Below are positions 10,689 through 19,865 of a stretch of DNA of 64,000 bases, in pieces. The position numbers and the translations under genes were made by a program. Each line of letters starts with the position of its first letter. Position 1 is the first letter of the stretch. The notes under the pieces were generated by a model. The model did no database searches, was not told the origin of the DNA, and saw only the letters and a program-made list of their open reading frames with translations. The stretch comes from Mycobacterium sp. Lineage in GTDB: Bacteria > Actinomycetota > Actinomycetes > Mycobacteriales > Mycobacteriaceae. The stretch is taken from the NCBI GenBank assembly GCA_964202555.1, contig CAXNJA010000003.1, positions 847-64,846 on the forward strand. Direction: 5' to 3'.

Positions 10689-13208
10689 CTATGCTGCCGG
10701 GTGCCGGAGTCTGGTCAGTCGCGGGGCGGCGGTGTCACCGGGCCTGGTTATCTCCAGTCCGCTGATGTGTCGGCGCACGGCGGTGATCGCCCACGCCAGG
10801 AAAGACCCCACCAGCAGCGAGACGACCACTCCCGGCAGCGGATGGCCAAACAGCGGATAGACCTGGAAATGGGTGAGATAGGTGTATAGCGAGCCTTCGG
10901 CGATGATGCCGGCGGCGGCGGCCACCCGCGCGGGGCAACGCAGCGCGGGCAGCCAGATCAACAGCAACAGGCCGACGCCGACGATCACCTCACGCTGGCC
11001 GCTGCCGAAGTACCCGTGCAGGGCGATCAGCGCGGCGCCGGACAGCACCGCCCGCCGCCAAAGGGTGTCGGCCTTGGCTGCGGCCCAGCCCACGGCGAAG
11101 AACCAGAACGCCAGCAGTGTGAACCATGCCTGCCGTCCCAACTCCAGGCCCAGCGCGTCGTAACGCAACGCCAGACCCGCCGCCAGCACTGCCATCGCCG
11201 AAGCGAACGGCCATCGTCGTTCCAGCCGATCCACGGCGGGAATCCAGACCACCGCGGCCAGCGCCACCAGCGTCCACACCAGTGCCTCGATGAACCACAG
11301 TCGCCCGGCGGTCATGCTGTCGTGAGGGCCGAGAAGTTTCTGCAGCAGAACCAGATTGGTGGCTGCATAGTCATCGGAGAAGGTCATCACCGCCGCGATC
11401 CAGAGCACCGACGGAACCGCGATCCACCCAACGGTCTTGACGATCCGGTCGACCCGCTCCCGGCGCGGACCGCGGCCCAGGCAGAACTGCGCGAAATTGA
11501 AGCCGGCCACCGCCAGCAGGATGTGCGCCCCGCCCCACAGCGTGAACAACCCCGCGTGGGAGCCGACGATCAGCACGATCGCCATAGCGCGCAACGCCAC
11601 CCCGGTATCCAGCCGGACGCCCCAGCGCCGGGTGGTCGGGTTGCTGTTGCGGCGGGTCGCCTCCAACTCGCCGACGGTCCGCGATGACCAGTGCGGGGGC
11701 AGATCGCCGAGCAGCCGCTCCAGGCGTACCGACGTCGTCACATAGGACAGCGACGTTCCGCCCAGATCCACGAAACTACGGTCGGTGCGAACCGTGGCAG
11801 GGTCGATCTGCAACACGTCGGCGAACAGTTCGCGAACCCCGGCCGGGGCCTGGGCGTCGGCGGGCCGACTGATCTGTCGTAGCCGCGCATAGTCCGGCTT
11901 GCCGGCCGCCAGGACGGGCAGTTCCGGCAGGCACACCGCGCGCACCGCGTCGACCGGTAGGCCTGCCGCGGTCGCGGCGCGCCGCCTCAACGCGCCCGGG
12001 TCCGCGGCCCGGCCCGCCGTTGCGACCAGCAACCGCCCTTCTGATTCGGTGCACATGGCCACCGCACCCGGCGTGGTGACCGCCGCCTCAATCCGTTGCA
12101 GGTCGATGCGCAGCCCGTAAAGCTTGACGAACCTGCTCAGCCGTCCGACGACCTGGTAGATCCCACCGCCCAGATCGCGCGCGACGTCGCCGGTGCGCAA
12201 CGCTGCCAACGTGCTGCCGGCGGCCAGGTCCGCCTTGGACTCGGCGTAGCCCATCATGACGTTGGGCCCCCGGTAGACCAGTTCGCCGACGTCCGGTTCG
12301 GCCCAACCGTCCACCGGGGCAAGCTCAAAAGAGCCGCCGGGAATGGCGCGGCCGATCGCCTCGGGATGTTCCAGCGCCGTCGCCGGCGGCAGGTAGGCCA
12401 TCCGGGCGGTGGCCTCGGTAGCGCCGTACATGACCACGAAGTCGAACCCCCGGCGTCTGCCCAGACGGACATAACGGCGAACCGCCTCGGGGTTCAGCCG
12501 GCCGCCGGCCTGGGTGACGTAACGCAGACTGGGCAGATCCATATCGGCGAATCCGGCCCGGTCCAACATGTCAAACGTGTACGGCACGCCGGCGAAACTC
12601 GTTGCGCCGTAACGCTTGAATAGATCCCAAAAACCCGGTTCGAGTACTGACCTATCGGTCAGGATCACTCCGGCCCCGGCCCAGAGGTGACTGTGGATCA
12701 CCGAGGCGCCGTAGCAGTACGACAGCGGCAGTGTCGTCGCCGCCCGGTCGCTGTCGGTGATCCCGAGATACTGCACGATCGCCTCGGTGTTGGAACGCAG
12801 GTTTGCCGCCGACAGCCGGACCGCCTTGGGTGAGCCGGTGCTTCCGGACGTGCTGGCCAGCAGGGTCAGATCGGGGTGCAACCGGTGCGCGGTCCGCCGC
12901 CGGCGGTGATCGACGCGACCGGTGGGGTCGATGACCACGTCGGGCTCGTAAACGGCGGCCAGTGCGGTGAAGTCCCGGCCGCGCGGCACCGGCATGACGA
13001 CGTGGCCGGCGGCCAGAGCGCCGAGATAGGACTCCAGGGCCGGCAGGGTGTTCGCCGTTTCGATGAGCACCAGTTTGCGGGCCGGGCCCAGGCGTTCGGC
13101 GACACCCGCCATGCGATCGGCCAGCGCGCTGTAGGTCAGCGTCTGATTCTCCGTCGCGACCGCGAGTCGGTCGGAGAAGCCGGCGATCCGATCGAGAAGG
13201 TCATCCAC
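10689..13208 (-). CDS. Tri-domain protein: adenylation (AMP-ligase) + carrier (PCP/ACP) + acyltransferase-3 (AT3) integral membrane domain
   Basis: Adenylation cores: LLASTSGSTGSPKAV (A3), MYGATEAT (A5), GELVYRGPNVMMGY (A6), LRTGDVARD (A7), GRLSRFVKLYGLRIDLQRIE (A8), AAGKPDY (A10). Carrier motif FVDLGGTSLSY. This is followed by about 330 aa of hydrophobic helices that open with LRAMAIVLIVGSH (the R..H pair typical of AT3 TM1). The GTG start overlaps the upstream ATPase stop by 8 nt. Confidence 0.8.
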   Translation of the reverse strand: MDDLLDRIAGFSDRLAVATENQTLTYSALADRMAGVAERLGPARKLVLIETANTLPALESYLGALAAGHVVMPVPRGRDFTALAAVYEPDVVIDPTGRVDHRRRRTAHRLHPDLTLLASTSGSTGSPKAVRLSAANLRSNTEAIVQYLGITDSDRAATTLPLSYCYGASVIHSHLWAGAGVILTDRSVLEPGFWDLFKRYGATSFAGVPYTFDMLDRAGFADMDLPSLRYVTQAGGRLNPEAVRRYVRLGRRRGFDFVVMYGATEATARMAYLPPATALEHPEAIGRAIPGGSFELAPVDGWAEPDVGELVYRGPNVMMGYAESKADLAAGSTLAALRTGDVARDLGGGIYQVVGRLSRFVKLYGLRIDLQRIEAAVTTPGAVAMCTESEGRLLVATAGRAADPGALRRRAATAAGLPVDAVRAVCLPELPVLAAGKPDYARLRQISRPADAQAPAGVRELFADVLQIDPATVRTDRSFVDLGGTSLSYVTTSVRLERLLGDLPPHWSSRTVGELEATRRNSNPTTRRWGVRLDTGVALRAMAIVLIVGSHAGLFTLWGGAHILLAVAGFNFAQFCLGRGPRRERVDRIVKTVGWIAVPSVLWIAAVMTFSDDYAATNLVLLQKLLGPHDSMTAGRLWFIEALVWTLVALAAVVWIPAVDRLERRWPFASAMAVLAAGLALRYDALGLELGRQAWFTLLAFWFFAVGWAAAKADTLWRRAVLSGAALIALHGYFGSGQREVIVGVGLLLLIWLPALRCPARVAAAAGIIAEGSLYTYLTHFQVYPLFGHPLPGVVVSLLVGSFLAWAITAVRRHISGLEITRPGDTAAPRLTRLRHPAA

Positions 13209-14325
13209 GGCGGCTCCCGAAAACCACCCCTTCGCCGAGGACGTCGACTCGTACCTTGTCCTCGGTCCGCGGAGCGTCGACGCTGTTCTGGCGGGATGTC
13301 AACAAAGCCGTGCCGGGTCCGATGTCTATGGTCAACACGACCTCTCCGCCGAGGAATTCGGAGGCGACCACCACGCCGGTCCCATCACCGCGGTCGCGGA
13401 GGCCGGTCCCATCACCGCGGTCGCGGTCACCGGTCCCATCACCGCGGTCGCGGTCAGAGACCGCAGTGGCGCGCAACTGCTCTGGGCGCAGCATCAACTC
13501 GCCGGGCCCGTCGGCGGCACCTGGCGCGGGCACCGGGCCAAGCACGCATTCGGCGACACCGTCGAGGACCGAGCACGGCAGGAAGACACAGTCTCCGAGG
13601 AACTCCGCGGTCGCCCGGTCGCACGGCCTCAGGTACACCTCCCGCGGTGACCCCAACTGGGTGAAACGCCCATCGAGCATGACCGCCACCTGATCGGCGA
13701 TCGACAACGCCTCCTGTTGGTCGTGGGTGACCAGCAGCGTGGCGACCGCGGCCTGCCGCAGTGTCTGCGCCACGGAGTTGCGGGTGGTGGCGCGCAGTCG
13801 GGCATCCAGTGCGCTGAACGGCTCGTCGAGCAACATCAGAGCCGGTTTGCGCGCCAACGCGCGGGCCAAGGCGACCCGTTGCTGCTGCCCGCCGGACAAC
13901 TCGTCGGGGCGCCGCTGCGCCAGCGTCGGATCCAACGAAACGGTTGCAAGCAGTTGCTCCACACGTTCCCGGACGGCTCTGACCCGCAAGCTGCCCAGCC
14001 CGTAGGCGATGTTCTCACCGACGCTCAGATGGGGGAACAGTGCGCCGTCCTGGGTGACGTAGCCGACCGCCCGCTTGTGCGGTGGCACTGAGCGTCCAGC
14101 GCCGGCCACGATTGACCCGCCGATCGCCACTGTGCCGGAATCCGGTTCCTCGAACCCCGCGATGATCCGCAGCAGAGTGGTCTTTCCGCAGCCGGATGGA
14201 CCCACCACCGCAGTGGTGCCGCCGTTGGCGATGTCCAGGTCAAGTCCGCCGATCACCGGGGTCGTGCCGAATGACTTTGCCAGTGAACGGATTTCAAGAG
14301 TGGATGTCGATGCAGATGTTGTCAT
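13201..14325 (-). CDS. ABC transporter ATP-binding protein (FbpC/PotA-like, iron(III)-type importer)
   Basis: Walker A GPSGCGKTT, signature LSGGQQQRVALARAL, Walker B LMLLDEPFSALD. The C-terminal regulatory (TOBE-like) domain is interrupted by a DRDRGDGTG x3 repeat. ATGA overlap with the permease gene. Confidence 0.9.
   Translation of the reverse strand: MTTSASTSTLEIRSLAKSFGTTPVIGGLDLDIANGGTTAVVGPSGCGKTTLLRIIAGFEEPDSGTVAIGGSIVAGAGRSVPPHKRAVGYVTQDGALFPHLSVGENIAYGLGSLRVRAVRERVEQLLATVSLDPTLAQRRPDELSGGQQQRVALARALARKPALMLLDEPFSALDARLRATTRNSVAQTLRQAAVATLLVTHDQQEALSIADQVAVMLDGRFTQLGSPREVYLRPCDRATAEFLGDCVFLPCSVLDGVAECVLGPVPAPGAADGPGELMLRPEQLRATAVSDRDRGDGTGDRDRGDGTGLRDRGDGTGVVVASEFLGGEVVLTIDIGPGTALLTSRQNSVDAPRTEDKVRVDVLGEGVVFGSRRG
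13378..13458. repeat. 27-bp in-frame tandem repeat x3 inside the ABC ATPase gene
   Basis: The unit ggtcccatcaccgcggtcgcgg plus 5 variable nt is read three times (13378, 13405, 13432). It encodes (D/L)RDRGDGTG x3 on the minus strand. Confidence 0.9.
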
Positions 14326-15827
14326 GGCGCGGTCACCGCCCTAGTTGCCTGCCGAAACAGCAGCATCGTCACCGGCAGCGTCAGCACGACCATGATCGCG
14401 GCGTAGGGAGCGGCGGCGGCGTAGTCCAGTTCACTGGCCAGCGACCAGAACCGCATGGACAGGGTCCGGGTGCCGGTCGGTGCGAGCAGCAGTGTGGCGG
14501 TGAGTTCGGTTGCCACCGCGACGAATACCAGCGCCGCACCGGCCGCCGCGGCCGGCGCGGTGAGTCGCAGTGTCACGCGGGTGAACGTCGCGGCCGGCGA
14601 GACCCCCAGCGATTGAGATGCGTCCTGGAGGCCGGTCGGTACCTGGGCGAGACCGCTCCGCACGTTGACCATTGCTCGGGGGATGAACATCAGCACGTAG
14701 GCGCAGAGCAGCAGTGCCACGGTCTGATAGAGCGGGGGAGTGGCTCTCACGGCCACGTTGACCAGTGCCAGGGCTGTGACGATCCCCGGCAGTGAACTGG
14801 TCACGAAGTGTGCGCCCTCGATCAGCCGCCCGTCCCAGCGCTGGTTGCGTATCGTCACCCAGGCGACCGGGTACGCCAGCGCGGTGGCGGCCAAGGCGCC
14901 GAGAGCGGCCAGACCGGCGGTCTGAGCCAGCGCCATGCCGAGCTCGTCGGGCAGCCAGACGCCGGGGCCGCCGATCCACAGCCAACGCAGGAGCGTCCCA
15001 ACCGGTACGCCGATCGCCAAGGCCGACAACACAATCAGCGCGATCAGGGCTGGAATGCGGGCCCGGCCGAGCCGAATCGGAGTCTGCGGGCGCGGCGCCC
15101 CGGAGCCGATCCGGGCGAACCGGTTGCGACCTCGCGCGGCCACCTCGGCCAGCAACATCAGCAGGCACAACACCACCAGAACACCGGCGAGCATGGAACC
15201 GGCCGCGCCGTCGAAGGTGGATTGGAACTGTTCGACGATGGCGGTGGTGAACGTGTTGAACCGCAGCATGGCGAAGGCGCCGTATTCGGCTAGCAGGTGC
15301 ACACCGATCAGCAATGCCCCGCCGAGGATGGCCAGCCGTAGTTGCGGCAGCACCACCCGGGCGAACACCGCTGCCGGGGCCGAACCCAGGCTGCGCGCCG
15401 ACTCCTCCAGGGCGGGGTCGAGTCTGCGCAGTGCCGCCACCGCCGGCAGGAAGACGAACGGGAAATACGACAGCGTCGTCACCAGCACCGCGGCGCCGAA
15501 TCCGTGCAGCGACGGTGCAACCCCTATCCAGGCGTAGGAATTGACGAAGGCCGGAACGGCCAATGGCGCCACCAGCAACGGCCGCCACCATCCCCGCCCG
15601 GGTACATCGGTGCGTTCGACCAGCCAGGCCGCCGCCACGCCGGTCACGACGCAGGCCGGCACCGTCACCAGCACCACACCCACGGTGTTGAGCAGCAGTT
15701 CGGCCACCCGCGGCCGAAACAGCAGCGCGGCCGCCCGGGTGGGCCCGGTGTGAATGAACGACCACGTCACGAATCCGAGTGGAATCAGCGAGGCGGTGGC
15801 CAGCAACGCGGCGGTGCCGAGGACCAC
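14322..15827 (-). CDS. ABC importer permease, fused two-domain (FbpB/AfuB-like)
   Basis: 501 aa of hydrophobic sequence, about 12 TM helices, made of two similar halves as in iron(III) ABC permeases. It sits between the SBP and ATPase genes. Confidence 0.8.
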   Translation of the reverse strand: MVLGTAALLATASLIPLGFVTWSFIHTGPTRAAALLFRPRVAELLLNTVGVVLVTVPACVVTGVAAAWLVERTDVPGRGWWRPLLVAPLAVPAFVNSYAWIGVAPSLHGFGAAVLVTTLSYFPFVFLPAVAALRRLDPALEESARSLGSAPAAVFARVVLPQLRLAILGGALLIGVHLLAEYGAFAMLRFNTFTTAIVEQFQSTFDGAAGSMLAGVLVVLCLLMLLAEVAARGRNRFARIGSGAPRPQTPIRLGRARIPALIALIVLSALAIGVPVGTLLRWLWIGGPGVWLPDELGMALAQTAGLAALGALAATALAYPVAWVTIRNQRWDGRLIEGAHFVTSSLPGIVTALALVNVAVRATPPLYQTVALLLCAYVLMFIPRAMVNVRSGLAQVPTGLQDASQSLGVSPAATFTRVTLRLTAPAAAAGAALVFVAVATELTATLLLAPTGTRTLSMRFWSLASELDYAAAAPYAAIMVVLTLPVTMLLFRQATRAVTAP

Positions 15828-15877
15828 CCCTCCGACCGGACGGCCCGAGGTCGCTGCTCTGGTCAGGGTCCGAACGG

Positions 15878-16894
15878 TCAGAGCAGGCCCGCCCCGGTCA
15901 TCAGTTCGGTCACCGCGGCGGCGTCGAGTGCGCTGGGGTTGACCTTTGGCGCTTGCAGTTGGTCCAGCGGAACCAGGGCGCTGTTGGCCGGCACCCCACT
16001 GGCGACCGGATACTCGAAGGAGGTTCCGTTCTGCAGAACTTCCTGTCCCCGCTTTCCGGTGATGAAGCCGATGAACTGTTGGGCTTTCTCGGATTTCTTG
16101 CTTGACTTCAGCACGCCACCACCGGAGAGGCTGACGAACGCCCCCGGATCAAAGTTCTTGAAGTAGTGCAGCTTGGTGTTGCCGCTCATCTCCTTGGTCT
16201 TGGCCTGATCGCGGTACCAGTAGTAGTGATAGATCACGCCTCCGTCGACTTCGCCGCCGTTGACCGCACGCAGGGTGGCGATGTTGTCTTTGTAGGCGAC
16301 CGCGTCGGCTTTCATGGCGGTCAGCCACTGCTCGGTCGCGGCCGTGCCGCGCAGTTCCAGCAGCGCGGCCACGATGGCCTGGAAATCCGCTTTGGCCGGG
16401 GGTGCCCCCCAGCGGCCACGCCACTGCGGATTCTGCAGATCGAGCAACGATTTCGGCAGTTGATCTGCACTCAGCTTGGCGGGGTTGTAGACGAACACAG
16501 TGCTGCGGGCAGCCACCCCGACCCAGGAGTTGCTCTCCGGCCGATACTGCTCGGGCACCTGGGCCAGCGTCTGGGAGTCGATCGGCGCCAGTAATCCCGC
16601 CCGCTCGACCGCGGCGATTGCCGGAGAGTTCTCAGTCAGGAAGACATCAGCCGGTGACTCCGGGCCCTCGGCGATGATCTGATTGCCGAGTTCGCTGTCT
16701 CCGCCCTGCCGGTAGACCACCTTGATGCCGGTCTCCTGGGTGAACTCCTCGATCCACTCCTTGGTCAGTGACTCATGCTGAGCGTTGTAGATCAGCAGTT
16801 CCTCCGGCGGAGTGCCCGAACACCCGACGGCCGCGGCGGCCGCACTCATGGCGACGACTACGACCAGCGCCCGGCGCAGGAGACCAACTCGCAT
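15878..16894 (-). CDS. Periplasmic-type solute-binding lipoprotein, iron(III)-binding family (FbpA/AfuA-like)
   Basis: Signal peptide plus lipobox (MSAAAAAVGC). The mature sequence resembles family-1 SBPs of ferric transporters (YNAQHESLT...ENSPAI...YYWYR). RBS gaaaggg. Confidence 0.75.
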   Translation of the reverse strand: MRVGLLRRALVVVVAMSAAAAAVGCSGTPPEELLIYNAQHESLTKEWIEEFTQETGIKVVYRQGGDSELGNQIIAEGPESPADVFLTENSPAIAAVERAGLLAPIDSQTLAQVPEQYRPESNSWVGVAARSTVFVYNPAKLSADQLPKSLLDLQNPQWRGRWGAPPAKADFQAIVAALLELRGTAATEQWLTAMKADAVAYKDNIATLRAVNGGEVDGGVIYHYYWYRDQAKTKEMSGNTKLHYFKNFDPGAFVSLSGGGVLKSSKKSEKAQQFIGFITGKRGQEVLQNGTSFEYPVASGVPANSALVPLDQLQAPKVNPSALDAAAVTELMTGAGLL

Positions 16895-16934
16895 GGCGAA
16901 CGACCCTTTCCAGTGGAACTAAAGGTGTACTAAG

Positions 16935-16953
16935 TGAGGATTGCCTAACCATA
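16935..16953. promoter_or_regulatory. Candidate IdeR iron box
   Basis: TGAGGATTGCCTAACCATA and its complement match the palindromic IdeR consensus TTAGGTTAGGCTAACCTAA at 13-14 of 19 positions (hand alignment). It lies 41-59 nt upstream of the SBP start codon. Confidence 0.4.
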
Positions 16954-17049
16954 CACCCGGGGTCCTTCCGAAAGGAAAGGGCCGGTCGCGGCGGCGTGAA
17001 GGAGAAGCACGCCACCGCGGCCGGCCCAGGTAGTGCCGCGCCTCGCGAC

Positions 17050-17649
17050 TTAGCTGGGAGGCAGCAGCACCGAGTCGATCAGGTAGATCGTGGCATTGGT
17101 GGCCTTGATGCCACCGCACACGACGTTGGCGTTGTTGACCATCAGGTGGTCACCGCTGCCGGTCACCGTCAGCTCGGCACCGTTGACGGTCTTGTGGGTG
17201 CCCACGACCTGGTCCGGGCCGGCCTGACCGGGAACGACGTGGTAGGTCAGGATCGACGTCAGCAGAGCGGAGTCGGTCTTGAGCTTGTCGAGGGTGGCTG
17301 CGTCGATCTTGGCGAACGCGTCATTGGTCGGGGCGAAGACGGTGAACTCCCCACCGTTGAGGGTGCTGACCAGATTCACCCCCGGATTCAGCCCACCGGA
17401 CAGCGCCGCGGCCAGGGTGGTCAGCACCGGGCTGTTGGCGGCGGCAGTCGCCACCGGAACCTTGGCCAGCTCGCCGACTGAGCCGGGACCCATCGGGACC
17501 TGCTGGGCGTAGCCGGCGCAGCCGGGTCCAACCAGGTGCAGATCGGCCGAGGCGACCGGGGCCATGATCAGTGCGAAGCTCGCTGCGGATGCTGCTGCCG
17601 CGACGGCAGCTTTCTTGATGTTCTTCATTGATGTCCTTTCGATTGACAC
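17050..17649 (-). CDS. mpt70: Secreted fasciclin (FAS1) domain protein, MPT70-like
   Basis: Signal peptide ending VASA. FAS1 blocks VLTTLAAALSG..FTVFAPTNDAFAKIDAATLDKLKTD..LTYHVVPG..NATIYLIDSVLLPP. Confidence 0.85.
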   Translation of the reverse strand: MSIERTSMKNIKKAAVAAAASAASFALIMAPVASADLHLVGPGCAGYAQQVPMGPGSVGELAKVPVATAAANSPVLTTLAAALSGGLNPGVNLVSTLNGGEFTVFAPTNDAFAKIDAATLDKLKTDSALLTSILTYHVVPGQAGPDQVVGTHKTVNGAELTVTGSGDHLMVNNANVVCGGIKATNATIYLIDSVLLPPS

Positions 17650-17744
17650 ACCTCACTCGCGGTGTGGTCGTGAAGAGAGTCCGAGGGCACGAAGCCGCCT
17701 GCGCCGGGCGGCACAGGCGGCTCCGCGTCGGAGTCGTGCCGCCG

Positions 17745-18509
17745 CTACGGGGTCGTAGTCGTCGTCGGCGCGCTGGTGGTGGCCGCTGCCGGTGCCGCGG
17801 GCGGCATCAGCACTGTGTCGATGAGATACAGGGTGGCGTTGGCCGTCTTGATACCGCCGCAGACCACGCCGGCGTCGTTGACCTTGATGGCGTCGCCGGA
17901 ACCGGTGACCGTCAGCGACTCACCCTGAACCGTGGTGTGGTCCCCGATGACCGCTTTCGCGTCAGCGCCCGGTCCGGAGACCACGTGGTAGGTCAACACC
18001 GAGGTCAACAGGTCCGAGTCGGTCTTCAGCTTCTCGATGGTGGCCGGGTCGACCTTGGCGAAGGCCTCATCGGTCGGGGCGAACACGGTGAACTCGCCGT
18101 TGTTGAGCGTGTCGACCAGGTTCACGTTGGGGTTGAGCTTGCCCGACAGTGCGCCGGCCAGGGTGGTCAGCACCGGGCTGTTGCCGGCAGCGGTCGCGAC
18201 CGGGTCCTTGGCCAGGCCCGCCACCGAACCCGGGCCGGTGGGCACCTGCTCGGCGTAGCCCGCGCAGCCCGCACCGACGAGTCCGGCGGGCGCCGCTGCC
18301 GCTGACGACATGGCCGAGGTGGCCGACGTCATTGCCGACGACGCCGCCGAGCCTGCTGACGAGGCCGCCGAAGTAGCCGCCGAGCCCGCCGACGAGGCCG
18401 CCGAAGTAGCCGAATCGACTGCTTCCTTGGTCGTCGAGCACGCCGACAGGGTGAGTGCGGTGGCGGCAGCCAGACCTGCAGCAACGAGCACGGAACGATT
18501 GATGGTCAT
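17745..18509 (-). CDS. mpt83: Fasciclin-domain lipoprotein, MPT83-like, with Ser/Ala-rich linker
   Basis: Lipobox LTLSAC, then a roughly 45-aa S/A/T linker ([37 protein letters not shown]), then a FAS1 domain paralogous to the neighbouring gene. Confidence 0.85.
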   Translation of the reverse strand: MTINRSVLVAAGLAAATALTLSACSTTKEAVDSATSAASSAGSAATSAASSAGSAASSAMTSATSAMSSAAAAPAGLVGAGCAGYAEQVPTGPGSVAGLAKDPVATAAGNSPVLTTLAGALSGKLNPNVNLVDTLNNGEFTVFAPTDEAFAKVDPATIEKLKTDSDLLTSVLTYHVVSGPGADAKAVIGDHTTVQGESLTVTGSGDAIKVNDAGVVCGGIKTANATLYLIDTVLMPPAAPAAATTSAPTTTTTP

Positions 18510-18683
18510 ATTTCTCCTTGATCCCTCCGGTGACGCGACCGAGGCGTTGTTACGGCCACACGATTTGTTCGATACCGGCTGGCTGCCGGATGGGTGAATG
18601 TGACGGCGATCACAAAGCGATCACGAAACCCCCATTGGTCAGCCGCTTCGATGCTACCTGGCCCCGCACGGCACAATAAACCG

Positions 18684-19865
18684 GTGAGTTCCCGCCTGCG
18701 CGTGCTGATCCTCGGTAGCACCGGCTCGATCGGCACCCAGGCGCTGGAGGTCATCGCTGCCAACCCGGACCGCTTCGAGGTGGTCGGGTTGGCGGCTGGG
18801 GGCGGCAACCCGGAACTGCTGGCCCGGCAGCGCGCCGAGAGCGGGGTCAGCCGAATCGCCGTGGCCGACCCGGCGGCCGCCGACCGCGTCGGCGACGTCA
18901 CCTACGCCGGTCCCGATGCCGCCACCCGACTGGTGTACGACGTCGCGGAGAAAGGCGGTGTCGATGTCGTGCTCAACGCCCTGGTCGGTGCGCTAGGCCT
19001 GGAGCCCACGCTGGCCGCCCTGGCCACCGGTGCCCGGCTGGCCCTGGCCAACAAGGAGTCCCTGGTGGCGGGCGGACCGTTGGTCCTCAAGGCCGCACGA
19101 CCGGGCCAGATCGTGCCGGTGGATTCCGAACACTCGGCGCTGGCCCAGTGCCTGCGGGCCGGCGACGCCGACGAGGTGGCCCGACTGGTGCTCACCGCCT
19201 CGGGCGGACCCTTCCGCGGTTGGTCGGCGCAGCAATTGGAGTCGGTGACTCCGCAGCAGGCCGGGGCGCACCCCACCTGGAACATGGGCCCGATGAACAC
19301 GCTGAACTCGGCGTCGCTGGTCAATAAGGGGCTGGAGTTGATCGAGACGCACCTGCTGTTCGGCATCCCCTACGACCGCATCGACGTGGTGGTGCACCCG
19401 CAGTCGATCGTGCATTCGATGGTGACCTTCGTCGACGGTTCGACCATCGCCCAGGCCAGCCCGCCAGACATGAAGCTGCCCATCTCACTGGCCCTGGGTT
19501 GGCCGCAGCGGGTGTCGGGGGCGGCTCCGGCATGCGACTTCAGCACCGCCTCCACCTGGGAATTCGAGCCCGTCGACGCTGCGGTGTTCCCGGCGGTCAG
19601 CCTGGCCCGGCAGGCCGGCGAGGGCGGCGGATGCCTCACCGCGGTGTACAACGCGGCCAACGAGGAGGCGGCGGAGGCCTTCCTGGGCGGGCGTATCCGG
19701 TTCCCGGCGATCGTGAGAACAATCGCTGACGTGCTGGGCGCCGCCGACCAGTGGGCCGCGCAACCGGCTACCGTGGAAGACGTACTCGACGCCCAGCAGT
19801 GGGCCCGGCAACGTGCCCGCGACGCCATTGACGTCGCCGCACAGGAGGTCGTTTCGAACCGATGA
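18684..19865 (+). CDS. dxr: 1-deoxy-D-xylulose-5-phosphate reductoisomerase
   Basis: [21 protein letters not shown]-binding N-terminus, [21 protein letters not shown] motifs. The start is uncertain: GTG 18684 is preferred, and in-frame alternatives exist at 18651 and 18594. Confidence 0.9.
   Translation: MSSRLRVLILGSTGSIGTQALEVIAANPDRFEVVGLAAGGGNPELLARQRAESGVSRIAVADPAAADRVGDVTYAGPDAATRLVYDVAEKGGVDVVLNALVGALGLEPTLAALATGARLALANKESLVAGGPLVLKAARPGQIVPVDSEHSALAQCLRAGDADEVARLVLTASGGPFRGWSAQQLESVTPQQAGAHPTWNMGPMNTLNSASLVNKGLELIETHLLFGIPYDRIDVVVHPQSIVHSMVTFVDGSTIAQASPPDMKLPISLALGWPQRVSGAAPACDFSTASTWEFEPVDAAVFPAVSLARQAGEGGGCLTAVYNAANEEAAEAFLGGRIRFPAIVRTIADVLGAADQWAAQPATVEDVLDAQQWARQRARDAIDVAAQEVVSNR

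Noticed and set aside
13378-13458. Three RGD tripeptides in the repeat of the ABC ATPase, as possible integrin-binding motifs
   Set aside because: The host protein is a cytoplasmic nucleotide-binding subunit. RGD arises trivially from the repeated GC-rich unit.
16895-17049. CCTTCC-GAAA-GGAAAGG hairpin as terminator of the mpt70-like gene
   Set aside because: The stem is short and imperfect (a bulged A) with no U tract. It is also close to the candidate iron box, so the role is ambiguous and it is not annotated.
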